Shown one piece after another: positions 14,540-28,175 of a stretch of DNA of 64,000 nucleotides. Below the pieces are notes generated by a model. The model ran no database searches. It saw only the letters and a list, made by a program, of their open reading frames with translations, and was not told the origin of the DNA. Source of the DNA: Lingula anatina (lineage: Eukaryota; Animalia; Brachiopoda); NCBI GenBank assembly GCA_051362555.1, contig CM120641.1:32990401-33054400 (forward strand), read 5' to 3'. A program made the position numbers and the translations under genes. Every line of letters starts with the position of its first letter. Position 1 is the stretch's first letter.

Positions 14540-17500
14540 TATCTGATTATTAGAATATTTATGCAATTGTTCTAGTTTCTATTTAGTTTATTTTCAAATG
14601 AATGATTGTATGATTTATTTAATATGCACTAATTATAAAATATCTTCGGGACCAAGGTACCACATTTATGCCTTAACTCTAAGAACATTTAAAATATGAG
14701 TGCATGATTAAACATATCAGTATGTTTTTTTTATGTACAAAAATTTGCAATGAATTTCAGCAGTAGAGGTCCAAAGCAACTTAGGCAAACTGTTCTCTGC
14801 CTCCTCCCCCCCCCCCCCTTTTTGGGGTGAGTTGGTGGGGGGGGGGCTATGCACTCTTATATTTAATTTAGCTTTCTCTGTGCAGTCAATCTATGGGAGT
14901 TGCATGAATGGATGGACTTAACGTGTTAACTACTTCTTTCTTTTCCAGGGATGCTGACAAGAAGGCACATGCCAATACAAAGTCAACAAATAAAATAACA
15001 GAGAATACAGGCAAAGACATTCGTGTAGAGATCACTGAAAAAGTGGATGCTGCGGCAGAAAATGATAACCACAAAGTTGACAATGTCTCCACAGCAGCCT
15101 CTCATAGTCATAATAGTAACCATATCAGTCATCATAACCTTGTACATAACAAACAGACTTTGGATAGTAATGCAATAAACAGTATAGCCAAGACTATCAC
15201 CTTGCAGCCACAGATTCCACAAAAGAGAAAGGTAAGGTTACACCTGGAGACGTGTTTTTATTTCAAGAAATCTAGTGACTGTCCCAATTATCTTCTTCAC
15301 AATAAGGGGTTGGCGTTAGCATCATTTTTTAAAGATGTACAAGACAAACAGTCTATTTTCTTTATTTTGTGAGACACAGAAATATCACCAAATTTAACAG
15401 GATGAAATCTCACCAGTTTTAAGTTTAATGTATTTCTTGTGAATATGACTTTCCAAGCACACCTCTTTCTATCATCTATAAGCGTATTATTTGGCAATTA
15501 TTTGATATCATTAATTATTCAAAGAGAGTACGTTTGATCTCTCCATGCGGGGTAAACCCCTTTAATTAGGTTCAATGCTGGGGTTAACTATCCATATTAT
15601 AGGAAATAGAAGATCAATGATTTTCACACTTTTGGTCAGTGGATATATATTAATAGCCATTGAAAGAATAGCTGTGATCTCAGGCATGTTCACTCCAAAT
15701 GGTGCCTTTCCTACTAAAGGCAGCATATGCAATGCTGTAATTATTATTATTATTATTATTATTTATTATTTATTATTTATATTTATTTTTTATTAATATT
15801 TTTTTATTAAGTTGGTGGTAAAGGGATTGTAGAAAACATTTTTTTGGTTGGTTGCTTAATAGCTTCTCCAGTTACCACCATAAAATTATAACATTAGCAT
15901 CATACATCAGCGATCAAGTCTACAGATAATGACCAAAAGCTCTCACAACAAAAGACTTAATGCAGTTGTAGGCATGAGCAGTTTTAAAACTTTCAAATGT
16001 TAAAAAATTGGTTTTTCATCTTGAAGAATTTTTAAAAACACAAATTGTTACATAATATAATCAAAAGTTGCTAAGAGGCATTTGGCCACCATGATCTAAA
16101 TTCAGTGAGGCATGAAAAATAAAGAAATCCATAATAAACCCATAAATAGCAAGACTTCCTACAAGGTTGATTTCCGCTTTGTTTATGCCCAGCCGCTTGT
16201 TGTTAAGATCAGCTTAGGGTGATGGATCAAAACTTTGCACACAATTGGTCACACCACAGGAATCTTAGTAAATAATTAAAACAGTACAGCAATCAATACG
16301 TAGATCATTGTTGTAAGATTTCATTTGTTGTACCAACACAATAGCGGCAAACAAGAAGAGATCAAGTCGAACATTGATTGTTTAGTAGGTGGTGAAACAC
16401 TGGCAGTGACAGTCTAAGGTCTGACCACTGAAATTGCTGGTAGCATTTTCAAAGACTTTGAGGAAAAAAAAGAGAAGGATTTAGAAACAGCGTGATCACA
16501 GGATTTTACTGAGGGTTTTTTTTTTGGTTCGGTGTTTTGAGCCTGTATTGTCCTCCAGCAAGGCTTGATGTCCAAGGATGCCACCGCTGGGAGGGAATAC
16601 TGAGCAGGGGTCTGTGCAGTGCATGCCCCTGTTCCCTCCAATTCATCTGGCAAGACCAGTCTCAGAGGTAGGAGATGGGGATGGACTGAATTTGAACTAA
16701 TTTCTAAGTTTACTGTCAAATAGGACCGCTGACTGTGGATTGATTTTAATTGAAATTTGTATGGGTCCAGGCTGCCTGATAAAATTTATTATATAAACTG
16801 AATCTATTCAGATATTTGAAGTCTTTTATGGACTAACTTAAATTTTCATTATGGACAAATTAATCCTAGGTAACTTTCTTACTGCCTGGTTAACAACAAT
16901 TTTATGGTGAAAATTCTGGATTTGAATAAATGACGTAGCTTTTAGATTGGTGAGACTGGACTAGTGAAAATGTGTCTGGATTTTTATGTTGCTTACTGTG
17001 GCTGTTGTTTTACTTACGAAGTAATAGAAATGAGGAGGAAAATGGCCCAATTAAATAATATCTATTTGTTTTTTGAAGCAAATCTTTACACACACACAAA
17101 CACACACACTTTTGCTTATATAGGGGCTATGATAACTGCTATACTGATATTCTACAGTAAATGAGTTGGTTTGCTTAGGTGCTGCATTATGGATTGTTAT
17201 TGCTAGACTTATTGGTCTCAGTGGATTTCCACCTACAGCTGCCCTGTTTAAATTTTCTGACATACGTCAGTGTTACATGTCATATGTTGTCATCTGGACG
17301 CACCTTATCTGTTTTCTCTGGTAAAAGCCTTTGAAATCATAATTATTGACCCATTTGAAATATTTAGCAAACTAAATAATGTGTAAAGTTTGAAATTTTT
17401 GACTCACCACTTACAGCCTTGTACATATTTTAGATATCAATAACTTGGTGTTTATCCTGGTTTCAAATGTTGCAGTTTGTTTTAAGTTTGTAATGTTCAG

Positions 17501-20186
17501 TGGTGCCAAGATTGAGGGCAAAAAAACTAGATAAACAAACAAACAAAAAACAAACAGAAAAACTAATAATAATAAGAAGAATAAGAATAATAGTAACCAG
17601 CAGAGGGAGTGTTCACTATTATCAGTGACTTACTAAGATGATTGTTTTCTAATAATTCTGTCAAGAGGTGAATATTTCAAAGAGATATTATGTTCGATTG
17701 AGATTTATTTTATATGTATAATTTAGATAATTGTTAAAATCCAAAACTGATATATGAATTAATAAACCTTAATTAGCACCAATAAAAACTCAACTATTGA
17801 TGATAACATTAAAAAGTGAGGCTGCTAGAAAAAAAAATAGATGTCATCTTTCAAAGAATTTTGTTTCACTGTTGAAGGCACAAAATCTTGAACAAAATTT
17901 GAATGAGTTTCACCTGAAAAAAATATTTAAGTTATAACTCTGTTTGATTTATTTATATTTATTTTTTGTTTGTATGACTTTCTGATTATTTATATATATT
18001 ATTGGTATTTCTTGGTGGTAGAGATTATCATGTTAAAATGACAGATTTTTTTCAAACATTTGGCAAATGGTTGATGTTTGAAGAAAACCTTGAATGCACC
18101 CCACATTGCTGATACCTTTGTCCACCTTTTTCCAGAAGAGACACAAAAGGATATCTGACCAGGCCACAATGCTTCCAAAAGTCACCCAGTCCCAGACAAC
18201 AGCACTGAATCCCAGTTACCCGTCCACCACATTCTCCACTGGTCACTTCCCTAAACTGACCGCCACGGGGAATACCACCATGTTGCCTAGCATTGCTAAT
18301 GCTTACAAAACTAAAGCGAAGGTAAGCTTGCTTTAGGGATTATCAGTTATTGTATTCAGTGAAATAGATTGTTGATTGTTTCTTGTTTAAAGATGGTGAA
18401 AAAAGCAAATCATTTCTTAAGAGACTGAATGTGTGTTTACATGTTTTTAGATACACATGGGTGATGTTTTGTCCCTTCATCAAATCTCTCATTGATGACT
18501 GTAACATATTAAAGACCCCTTGATATAGAATAGAACATATCTTTTCAAGTAAAAACATGGTTAGTCTCTTTAGAAACAATGAACTTTTTTTCCAATAATA
18601 AATGTTTTTTATCCATATTTTGCAGAGCTAATTTTCCATTATGTTAACGCATGAAAAGAAGCAGATATAACAGAATTGTTTGCTACAATTCACTTAAATA
18701 GTAATCGCCTTTCAATGCCATTACAATGAAAAAAAATCACCTCCAAACAAGAATTAAGAAATATTCCAAAGACAGACTATCAACTGAGTTATTGCACATT
18801 TTTAAGTTCCAAGGGGTTTTCAGTTTAAACAAAACTTTCACTTCAAGACTGATATCATCAGAACTGCATAGTAAAGGGTATTTTTTAATTGCCTTGGAGA
18901 TTGAAAAAGGTGAAAACCAATCTATATGCAGTTGACAACTTGAATTATGTAACAGAATGCAACAGCAGTGAGAACCCAGTTAATAATTTTGGGTTAATTA
19001 AAGGAACAACAGTAATAATGAAGTAATTCTTGTTAGTTACTCTTTTTGGTTATGTCATTGTTACATCTAGGTAACTGTGGTTGCATAAAGGAACATGATG
19101 CCTTGTTGAGATTTATTGATCATTTCTTTTTATCAAGGCGTACAAATAACAAGCTTATGTAATACCTTTGGGTCTCTTTCTGACATTTTGGTACACTGTC
19201 TCAGGGGAGGTCTTTTTAGTCTGTTTTGTTTCTTGGCCAGCATTAATTAAGTATCGATTTGAATCATAATTAAACCTCGAGTGGATTGATCAATAGGATG
19301 GAAACGTGTTCAGGTACTGATTTGTTTTGCCATAGTCTGTGGAATGGATTCGGCTTGATGAAGAAATTCAATAATTTTCTTTGTAAGAATATGCTTGAAG
19401 AAAAGTTTTTTCCTTGCTGCATGGTGACACAACACCATAATGAAACAAATAAGGAAAGCTTTTTGTTTTGTTTTTTTTTTGTAATCTAAATTTGCTTTAT
19501 GTACTTTGCATTGTTTCCATTGCATCAAAATGGCTTTTATTCAGCAAAATGTTGGACTAATTTGTGACGGAAGTAGATGAAATATCAGTACAATAAAATG
19601 GGTGTGATTGCACTAAACTTGCCGTAGGACAAATCAACAGCACGCGAAAAATTGATGTTTCTGAAATCTCCCACAGTGTTTTTCATTCTTGTCAATGGGA
19701 TAAAATGACAGGGGGGGGGGGGGGGGTAGAATGAAAATCACATGCAGCTTTAGATACAAACAATAACTTTAAAAAGTAACAAATTGATCAGCATTTTTAG
19801 AAGCTACCAAGCTTAAGTAACCAAGAGTACTCTTTGTAGTATACAATCAATAAGTCAGATGTGAATGGTGGAATGCAAAAAATAATAAATTCACATATTT
19901 TGACAGATATATATTGCACACCAATTATCTAATGGAAGCTTGAGTCTTCCAGAATTGAAAAAGGGAAGATGTTAATTTCAGCATTATACCCAAATACTTA
20001 TTACAAAATGTTTAAAACCATTCTTCATACAGCATTTTACTGAAAGGCCATTTTAACCATCATTTCTCACTGTTTTGGTGGACTCCTGACAAGCTTGTTA
20101 TTTTCACTTTTAGTATTCGGTGTGCCAATTTACAAATCAGTATTTTAAATATGTAAGAGGAATTGTGCTGTTTCTTCATCCCTGTA

Positions 20187-20245
<59 letters not shown>

Positions 20246-20348
20246 AAAGTACTTTAATTATTTGTTTTAGGGTCCAAGCCAGGCAACCAAGACAATGTTT
20301 GGTCATTATCAACTGCCATCCATAGACAGGCGGGGTGCGGGCTACTGA
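1554..20348 (+). CDS. MOK: MAPK/MAK/MRK overlapping kinase, spliced, ~471 aa
   Basis: Exons, all GT-AG and phase-compatible: 1554-1560, 3242-3356, 3602-3691, 5578-5648, 7702-7780 (5a) or 8305-8383 (5b), 9297-9345, 9452-9537, 10137-10229, 10538-10639, 12480-12656, 14949-15231, 18136-18321, 20271-20348. Translation: [20 protein letters not shown]...[20 protein letters not shown]...[10 protein letters not shown]...[48 protein letters not shown]...[11 protein letters not shown]. The TEY activation loop and these motifs are diagnostic of MOK. Confidence 0.95.
4468..4958. mobile_element. Two tandem, diverged copies of a ~240-bp palindromic (foldback/MITE-like) element in MOK intron 3
   Basis: Each copy (~4468-4698 and ~4701-4958) is an imperfect hairpin, e.g. 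TAAATTTCTATCA/TGATAGTAATTTA and GCTTAAGCGTCTGTCAC/GTGACAGGCATTTAAGC. Both copies end in GG(G/A)ACCCAGTCT and share GTCTGTCACGCCTA. Confidence 0.6.
7702..7780 (+). CDS. MOK: MOK mutually exclusive exon 5a
   Basis: tttcag|GCAAAAGA...CATAG|gtaag, 79 nt, encodes (G)[25 protein letters not shown](R). Confidence 0.88.
7912..8439 (+). promoter_or_regulatory. Docking site (8191-8223) and two selector sequences (7912-7942, 8419-8439) around MOK exons 5a/5b
   Basis: CAGCATGATAAAATGTTT occurs downstream of both exons. Its 12-nt reverse complement TTTATCATGCTG lies at 8203-8214, with extended pairing on the flanks. Confidence 0.7.
8305..8383 (+). CDS. MOK: MOK mutually exclusive exon 5b
   Basis: ttttag|GAAAACGT...CATAG|gtaag, 79 nt, same phases as 5a, encodes (G)[25 protein letters not shown](R). 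Confidence 0.88.
12202..12241. repeat. (AC)n microsatellite
   Basis: About 20 AC units. Confidence 0.95.
20190..20242. repeat. (AT)n microsatellite just upstream of the last MOK exon
   Basis: About 26 AT units. Confidence 0.95.
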
Positions 20349-22183
20349 CTAGAGGAAATCATGAAGAATAAGAAGAAAAAAGGACATTAATAAAACTGGC
20401 AAAAGGTTGTGACACTGTTCACTTGTCACCGTCTCCTCAGTTTTGATGGAGTGGACTAGAGACAATCAACAAACATGAGCAGAGATCAACAAAAGAAAAT
20501 CATACGTGTGTGGTGTCTCTACTGGTACAAAACTGCTGGAAAGTTTCACTGGAGGATGAATGGACAATAACCATTCAACATGTGACTGTCTGATATCTTA
20601 TGATATTATATACACTATGGTTGAGTATGATGAAGTTGTGTTGGCTGGGAATATCTGAATATTGAAAAGTTCATGGCAGTTCATTAGGAGCTCTTAAAGA
20701 ACTTTATTATGAAATATGTTTTTTTCCCCGAAAACTGGATGCCAGGAACTGTGTGGAAAATGCAAATTCATTGCTTAAATAGTGAAATCCTTAAGTCATT
20801 TTTACAATTCAACACTGCTGTTAAAACAAATATCTCTCCTTGAATGAGGGATGGAGTCGAGAATAATCCTTCACTTAGAACATGGAGTTTCAGTGAACAG
20901 GCTTCCATTTCCCAATGACTGTTGTGTTCTGCTTCCTACAGCCAACTGACACAAGACTGCTTTTGATGCTGGATTCTTGCCAGGGTGGCAGATATACACA
21001 ATTAATTATTAACTGCTCAGGTACCAAAGTGGTTGGATCAGAAGGACCTACATTTTTGGACTTATTTTCAAATAAGGAGCTTAAGGATGTAGGACTTGAT
21101 GTAAAGTTGCAAAGCCTTCCACTTTGGTGTGATATCAAATGTTTCTACTACCATTTTCGAGGAAAGTTCCAGATATATGCCAATGGCATGTTATGTTAGA
21201 GAAGAGTCTCAGTTCTTGTCATGTTACATTCATCTGTGATATGTAAAGCATTGATTGTTGTTTGGTTCAAAATGTTAACTGAAGATGTCCCAGTGAGAAG
21301 AAACTGTGCAAGATTGTTTGGCTCAAGTGTGAACTGGTATTACGGTGGACTGCCAGACGTGAATGGCAAAAGTGGTAGTTAAACTGGTGCTGTACTTATC
21401 AAATGATGTCTTCATGTATGTAAATATATAGTGTAAAATATATAGCATAATTATTATCATTGCACCAAAGGGCTGTCACAGCTCATCATGGCAGTATTTT
21501 GTAAATTATGGGTTTTAGAGTCTATACTGTAGTCTTAGCTAGTGTATGCGTAGCAGGATATAGCTGGCATATACAACAGGGTTGTGAAATAGAAAGGTCT
21601 GGTGTTGATAACAGTTGAGCTGTTATATTTCAGATTTTCATATTTTCTCTATATTTTTGCAATACCCAGTTCACACTAGTCTTCAAAACATTTTAATTGT
21701 GGTTTTGAGAGGCTAGATATAACAGAAAAAGCAGTCTTGCAGAACCCCTGGAAAGTGCTCAAGAAAGATCACTTCTCATATTTTTGATATATCTGTTTCT
21801 GTTTTATTTCACGATTGAAAGTTTATTTTAGGAGGAAGAAAAATGAGGCAAAACTGTTATTTGAGGTCACAGTTCACAGATTTCTGAAACTTCATTTGCA
21901 AATTTCTTAATTAATGACAATCATTTCTTTCTTTCCAATTCTGATATCATTGATTTTTTTGCACAAATTATCAAATTACAAAGTTGCATTGTACAGATTT
22001 TAACAATCACTTTGAGATATTTATTGGTGGTGGTAATACTGCTTTTCAAAAAACTGTAAAATAGACAATCACATCAATATTTTATTCAATAATGTAGTAC
22101 AGTGGAATAGCAGGAAGGTTATGCATTTTTATGGAAATAATATTTATTAATTGTTACAATATATGCACTATGTGTGATACACA

Positions 22184-22189
22184 AATAAA
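22184..22189 (+). terminator. Candidate MOK polyadenylation signal
   Basis: AATAAA followed by T/GT-rich sequence, ~1.8 kb after the stop codon. Confidence 0.4.
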
Positions 22190-24798
22190 TGAAGGTATAC
22201 TTAGAATTTTTATCGTTTTTCATGATTTTATGTGGAATTATTGAATATAGATCGAAATTAAAGAAATGAAATAAGTCGAATTCATACTCGGCTCAATATT
22301 TTTTCATGAAGAATAATTGCAGCACATGTACACTTAAAGTGTAGTTTCACTTAAAAATATGCAAAGAAATTTCACTCTTTTTAATGACAATTAAGATAAA
22401 CTTTAAACAGCACAATTACGAATATTTAATATTCAGACGCTATGCTAGCTGCTGCTTTCATAAAATATATGAAACATATAATGAAAGTTTAAAGTTGAAA
22501 TAAATTCAATTTCAATTTAGAAGCAACCTACTGACACAGAATTAAAGGAAATACAACCGTCAACAGGGAAAAGGTTTACACCCGTTTTTCCTTCTCTACT
22601 GCAGGGACTGAGTGCGACTGCAATGCACTGCAATGTGTCTCACCTACCGCAATGTACAAAGTCAGATTCGGGCCATGTTTTTGCAAAATGGAAGTAAATA
22701 CGCTTTTGTGGACTGGTGATTGGGATGATGACCAAAACCTATCATTGGCTTATCATAAGTTTTTAGTGATGACTCGAGCTATTCCCTAAAATCCGAATTA
22801 AAACAAAGAAAAAAAACTTCGTGACTTCTTTTGCCGCAGGTCATTAATTTTAGATGTTTGGCCTTATTATTTATTTATTTATTTGTTTGTTTATTTTTGG
22901 TGGCAGGGCATAGTCGAAATGTTTTACACAAAGTGCATTCTCACTGAAAGTAATTTGCAAAATTTTCCTTATTAACCAGGCATTGTTAAAAACATAGCTA
23001 AGCGTTGTGAGGACAAAATGTGTCAGCTAAATAAACATGCATCTTGTAATACCCCTTTAGCCCAACCTAATCTTTGTTAGCATTAACAATGTACAAATAA
23101 TTATCCAAAAGGTTTGTTATTTTTAAAACTTTCGCTACTAAAGTCATGGAAGTTTATCTAGATAAACTTCTATGCTAAAACTATCTTCAGTAGGCCTAGA
23201 CTTTACTGAATGCGAAAACTCTCTGGCAAGGCATGTTTTACACAAAAAGCTAGATTTATCACTCTCAGATTCTCTGTCACCAAAATTTTAGAAAGAGTAG
23301 AATTCGCAAATTATCTTTAACTTGCAATTGGTTTTATTTATTTATTTTTTTATTTTCTGATTCCTTCAAACGGACCTATATATAGGCCTAGATACAGTGT
23401 ATATATGAGAGAGAGATCGAATCAGTGTAGGCATATAGGTCCATCGTGTACATAAATCATTAAAATATGTTGGTTCAGTATGGTGTACATGAACTTGGAT
23501 ATTTTTTATGCAGCAAAGAATGAAATGACATTAATTTTGCAAAATCAGATTACCGGTGGAAATACTGGAAAAAAAAGCTCTTATTGTTTAGCCGAGTAAC
23601 GGGTTTGCATTTCTTTCATACATTAACTTTTAAATAATAATTAAAATTATTACTAAAACTGCAAACAGCTAGCACTTTTAAGTTAAATTAAGAGCGCGTC
23701 CATGAGAAAGCCAAACAGATCGGTCAGAAGGCGGCAAGGTGGGGGTCAGCAGATTTTAATAATTTTTGGTGTGGTAAACCATCAACATGAAAGATATTGT
23801 GAGCCACTGGCTTTCTTATTTTGGATCATTAGTTTTAGAGATATGGGGGAAGGTCTTTTATCCGCAATTTTGCCAAAATATAGCATTTTTTAGCTCTTGA
23901 AAAGTTATAATTTTAAATATTATTTTAAAAAATCATGTACATCATAAGGAATTATTTAGGTGTGCCATATGATGGGTTAAGGAAAGACCTTTAATACCCA
24001 GTACAGATTTTTCAAAAGGGCACTGTCATGACCACACAAGGTTGATTCTAATAAGGCATGTTTTCCGTATGCTTGACCCCCTCCCCTTCTTTAAATGCAC
24101 ACATCTTCTTTTTTGCAGGTTGTATCCATATAATTTTGGTATGTGCTGATAGAAAAGGGTTGCAAAATAAATTTTGTGAAATAAAATCTGTGTTAAACCT
24201 TGATAAATTAGAACTATAACAATTTTAACAAGGCAGCAAAGCTGTCAAATGTACAGACAAAAAACAGAAAATAAAGATGCAAAAAAGGTCATTTTGTCAA
24301 TTTTGATGCAATAATAAATAATGCTTATAATAGCACTATCAGTCAACACTGAATTTTAATCATGCACAACAGGTAAAATGGTCAATAACATGAACGGACC
24401 CAGAGATATTCTCTGACAGTATTCCAAAGTATCTATTTTGATCCATCCTCCATTTTGATGGTCTTCCAACAGAAGAAAAAATAGATACCAGGCAATATAA
24501 ACTTAATAACCTGACTGTCTTCTGGAAGTCCCAGAAGATGGTCTCAATCTACCCTTTCAATAAGATTACAGTTTCAGGACCATGAGAGTTCAAATTCACA
24601 TGATGAAAGTCTCAATATTTGAAAAATGATGACAGTGCATAAAATAATATTACATAAGTAACATAATGTTTAAAGACATAAAATACAATACAACTGCTTA
24701 TGTGGAAATACAGAAATGTCAGAGCCTCAGGCGGATGAGAGTTAAAAGTCACAAATGCAAGTGTTTGAGAAAAAATTATAAAGGAAAACATAACAAAA

Positions 24799-24981
24799 CT
24801 AGAAAAGCACTCCGAGAGTGCAGACCTCTGCCAAGGTAGCAATTGTTGATTATTATTGATTTTTGTCCTCTTTGGCCCACTTCTGACAGTTCCTGAAAAT
24901 TTCAGCAAAATCGGTCCATAACTTTTTGAGTTATGTTGATGACAAACAGGGGTGAAAATATAACCTCCTTGGCAGAGGTAA
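24799..24981 (-). mobile_element. Non-autonomous Helitron/Helentron-like element
   Basis: The minus strand begins TTACCTCTGCCAAGGAGG, has a subterminal inverted copy CCTTGGCAGAGG, a GCACTC/GAGTGC hairpin, and a 3' CTAG end. Confidence 0.6.
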
Positions 24982-25027
24982 ATATAATTCCAATGAAGCT
25001 GCTATTCAAACTTTTAATCTTTGAGTT

Positions 25028-25029
<2 letters not shown>

Positions 25030-25083
<54 letters not shown>
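25030..25083. repeat. (AT)n microsatellite
   Basis: About 27 AT units. Confidence 0.95.
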
Positions 25084-25089
<6 letters not shown>

Positions 25090-26240
25090 GTTATTTGCAA
25101 TATTAAACAAAATTCACCTGCATAATTATCACTGCTTCCTTATTATTAATCTGGCAGAGAGCTTAACCTATGGGAGTTTACAGGGAAATATCAACAAGTG
25201 TGCTTTATGTAATCTCAAATCACAAGTGTGCTTTATGCCTATCAAATAGGCAAATTACTTTATAACTGAAATTAGCAAAGTGATACCCAAGGGAAATTTA
25301 TAGACTGACCCTCTCAAAGGTCTTTCAGGCCCATAAGTCACAACTTAAGAAGAGCACAAAACAATAATGCACAAAATAGGAGACTACCACTTCTGATGCA
25401 ATAATACATTATGTTTAACTGCACAGTCAACATCAAATTTTAATTTTGCACAACAGGTAACACTGACGAAAGTAAAAGCATAAGGCTTCAGGCCCATCAG
25501 AGTTCAAGTTTATACTTAGAAAGTGCCAGAATGAGAAAAATGAAATTTCACACAAAATTGCATTAAATTCAATAATAAATGATAACCCAATTGACCTGGC
25601 TTTCTAATTTGAACTGCATGCCAATCCTAAAAATCATACTCTTAAGTTAAATATAATAATAAATAACACAGTTTTCTTTTCATAATGTTTGCAGTAGCAG
25701 TGCAAAAAGATTATTGTCAATTTTGATGTAACATTACATAATAAATTATAGAATAATTATCACCAATTTTTGATTATTGACTATAAATAGCATGAACATG
25801 TAGAAAATTTGATTACCATCCGGCTTCATGTCCATGGGAGCTCCGAGTCCCACAGTGAATATGCCAAAAAGATAATGAATATTTCACTAAAATGTATAAC
25901 ATCCAGAAAAAGAAGCCCATTAGACTGCTTTTCCAACTCAGGCTGCATTTTAGTCCTGTGTTTCTTTTTTGAAAGTTTGACAATCATAAGTAACACGGTT
26001 TTCCCATCATGTCCATCATGGCAGATGTGGATGATTGAATCTGACAAACTGCAATGATATGAGTTTATTTCCGTTTTGGACACTTGATTACACAATACAT
26101 GATAACAAGTTTACCATCATTTTTACATAATCAACTAACAATGTTGTAAAGATGCAGGAAATATCAAACAAACACTTTTATGTATCTTATTAGTTCATTA
26201 ATGAGACTGTTAACATGCCTAGGTACATCTCAGAAGGTAC

Positions 26241-27386
26241 ACCGTGAGGAGTAACCCCGATTACCTGGCTCTGGACGCAGAGTTCAAGCTGGGCTTTTTA
26301 AAGAACCCAAAGGTCAGTCATTTGTACACTTATGCATGTGGACACACAAACTGGGGTAGAGTTAACACTGCCCAATTAAGCCAAATGCTAAAACTGACTT
26401 CAATTGGCTAAACAAAATAGGGTTGATTTGACTTATTTTAGTCAAATTTAAACCATTTTGGAGAAAAAAGTGATGAAAAAGTAGTAATTTGGCTTTAGAA
26501 AAAATTGCTAGTGCCACCTCAGCATATGGTAATAACTTGATTTTTTTCAGTGGGGGGGAAATCGTGAATTTTACAGATGCGGTATTTTTTAGGCCATTAA
26601 TTTTTTAAATTTTGATACTCCTACCCAATTCCTATTGGATGGTCACAACAGAATAAAAAAGTAAGCTACTCTATAGTTCTAATCTGTGCAGTAAGAGTAC
26701 CACTAATACTATATACTTTATGTGTTTATAAAGGTATACATTTGAAAGTTTGATAATTTTTGCCCATTGAAAAGATAGTGTCATTACCATGATTGTGCTG
26801 TGGCATGTGTACATGCGTGAACACATAATTCATAAGACTTTGTACATGTGGATGTGCACACACATATTTTGAAATGTAAGGTTATTTAAACAGCTATAGT
26901 CCATACTATTTTCATCACCATTTCTTTCCACTATGGCACTACAGAGACTATGCCATGTGATGAGGAATTCACAGAAGAGATATGAACAGTTAGTCTCATA
27001 CTATACTGTCTTCATACAGTTACATGTGGGATTAATTTTTTTTCAGAGGTTTAATGTGTTGATCACAAGAGCAAAGGCCCTATTGATTGTTGTAGGGAAT
27101 CCGTTTCTTCTTTTGCAAGATGAACATTGGAACAGGTGAAGTGAATTATTTTAATTTATTTGATCAGTAAGCAAAAAAAGTTCAATCAAATTATAAGACT
27201 TTTTCAAACCAAACACAAATCAGCCATGTTAGGTTCAAAATTTTTTTCCTTTATTTAATCTTTATTTAATCTCATTGTTTCTAAGAACTCTTGTTCAGAC
27301 AGACAGACAAACCAACAAAAAAAGAAATGTTAAGGATTTAATAAAGTTCATAAATTAAATTTTTAATGTTTGTTCAGACAGACTGA

Positions 27387-27432
<46 letters not shown>

Positions 27433-28175
27433 AGAGGATAGAAAGATTAAAAAGAGAAAGCTATCATGTTTTAGTTCAGACAGACTGTTAAATGAAAAAA
27501 AAAATAGAAAAAAAAGGAAAGTTAAAAAACATGTAAATTAAACTCCAAACTGACAGACAAAATAGTGTCTACTAAGCAATTCTTTCTTTTATTGTGAATG
27601 AAAGTCCATACAGAAAGACAAAAGAAAGTAGGCAATTCTTTCTTTATTTTCAACTTCTCTTTGGTGTAGTTTCCTTAAGTACTGCCTCGAGAAAAAAGCG
27701 TACACAGGATGTGATTACGATGACCTTACTGATCAGCTCGACGATGTCGTAGAGAGGTTTGCTGCAGTGAATATTAAGCAGTCAGGTATGAGCAGGATTT
27801 ATTGCAATCAATTTCTCTGTTGAATATTTTATTTTCTCAGATTATTGGCTATAAATAATCTAAATCATTAGGACTGAAAAGTCAGAATTTCAAATAAATT
27901 GCATGCACATGTACTATCTACTAGCTGTCATCTTGCATTTTCATTACTTAAAGTCCATTTTCAAGAGCAACTATTTTCTTCTTGTCTGTCATGTTATTCA
28001 GACGTACGACAAGTAATGTGTCCAAGATTTATTGATTTTAATTATTATTATTATTATTATTATTATTACTGCACCATTTAAACTTTTTTGGGAATATATT
28101 ATTTTTCAAGATGTAACCATGGATGTCAGCCAGGTTCAGTTGCAAGAGGACCCCGAGTGGAGAGGAGAGGCCTAA
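26241..28175 (+). pseudogene. MOV10: 5'-truncated MOV10 RNA helicase remnant (last four exons, introns retained)
   Basis: Exons 26241-26312, 27047-27135, 27670-27785 and 28111-28175 encode TVRSNPDYLALDAEFKLGFLKNPK|RFNVLITRAKALLIVVGNPFLLLQDEHWN|SFLKYCLEKKAYTGCDY...|...QLQEDPEWRGEA*, matching the MOV10 C-terminus (GFLKNPKRFNVAVTRAKALL...PEWR). Homology stops mid-exon at 26241, there is an in-frame TAG at 26220, and no upstream helicase exons were found. Confidence 0.85.
27388..27431. repeat. Poly(A) tract inside a MOV10-remnant intron
   Basis: About 44 consecutive A among short CAGACAGAC repeats. Confidence 0.9.

Larger units (their letters stand above)
23692..26003 (+). mobile_element. Left arm of a long dispersed repeat; TTAA-bounded, with internal subrepeats
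   Basis: TTAA|GAGCGCGTCCATGAG...GGCAAGGTGGGGGTCAGCAGATTT. It is collinear, in reverse complement, with ~44020-46012; 24228-24410 vs 44897-45078 is near-identical. Confidence 0.75.

Noticed and set aside
16330-16720. Additional MOK exon or antisense ORF (16414-16719)
   Set aside because: No convincing phase-compatible splice sites; exons 11 and 12 already join in frame.
25809-26095. ORFs resembling 43992-44210 as a small gene family
   Set aside because: The similarity comes from the shared repeat arm; the frames differ beyond a short stretch.
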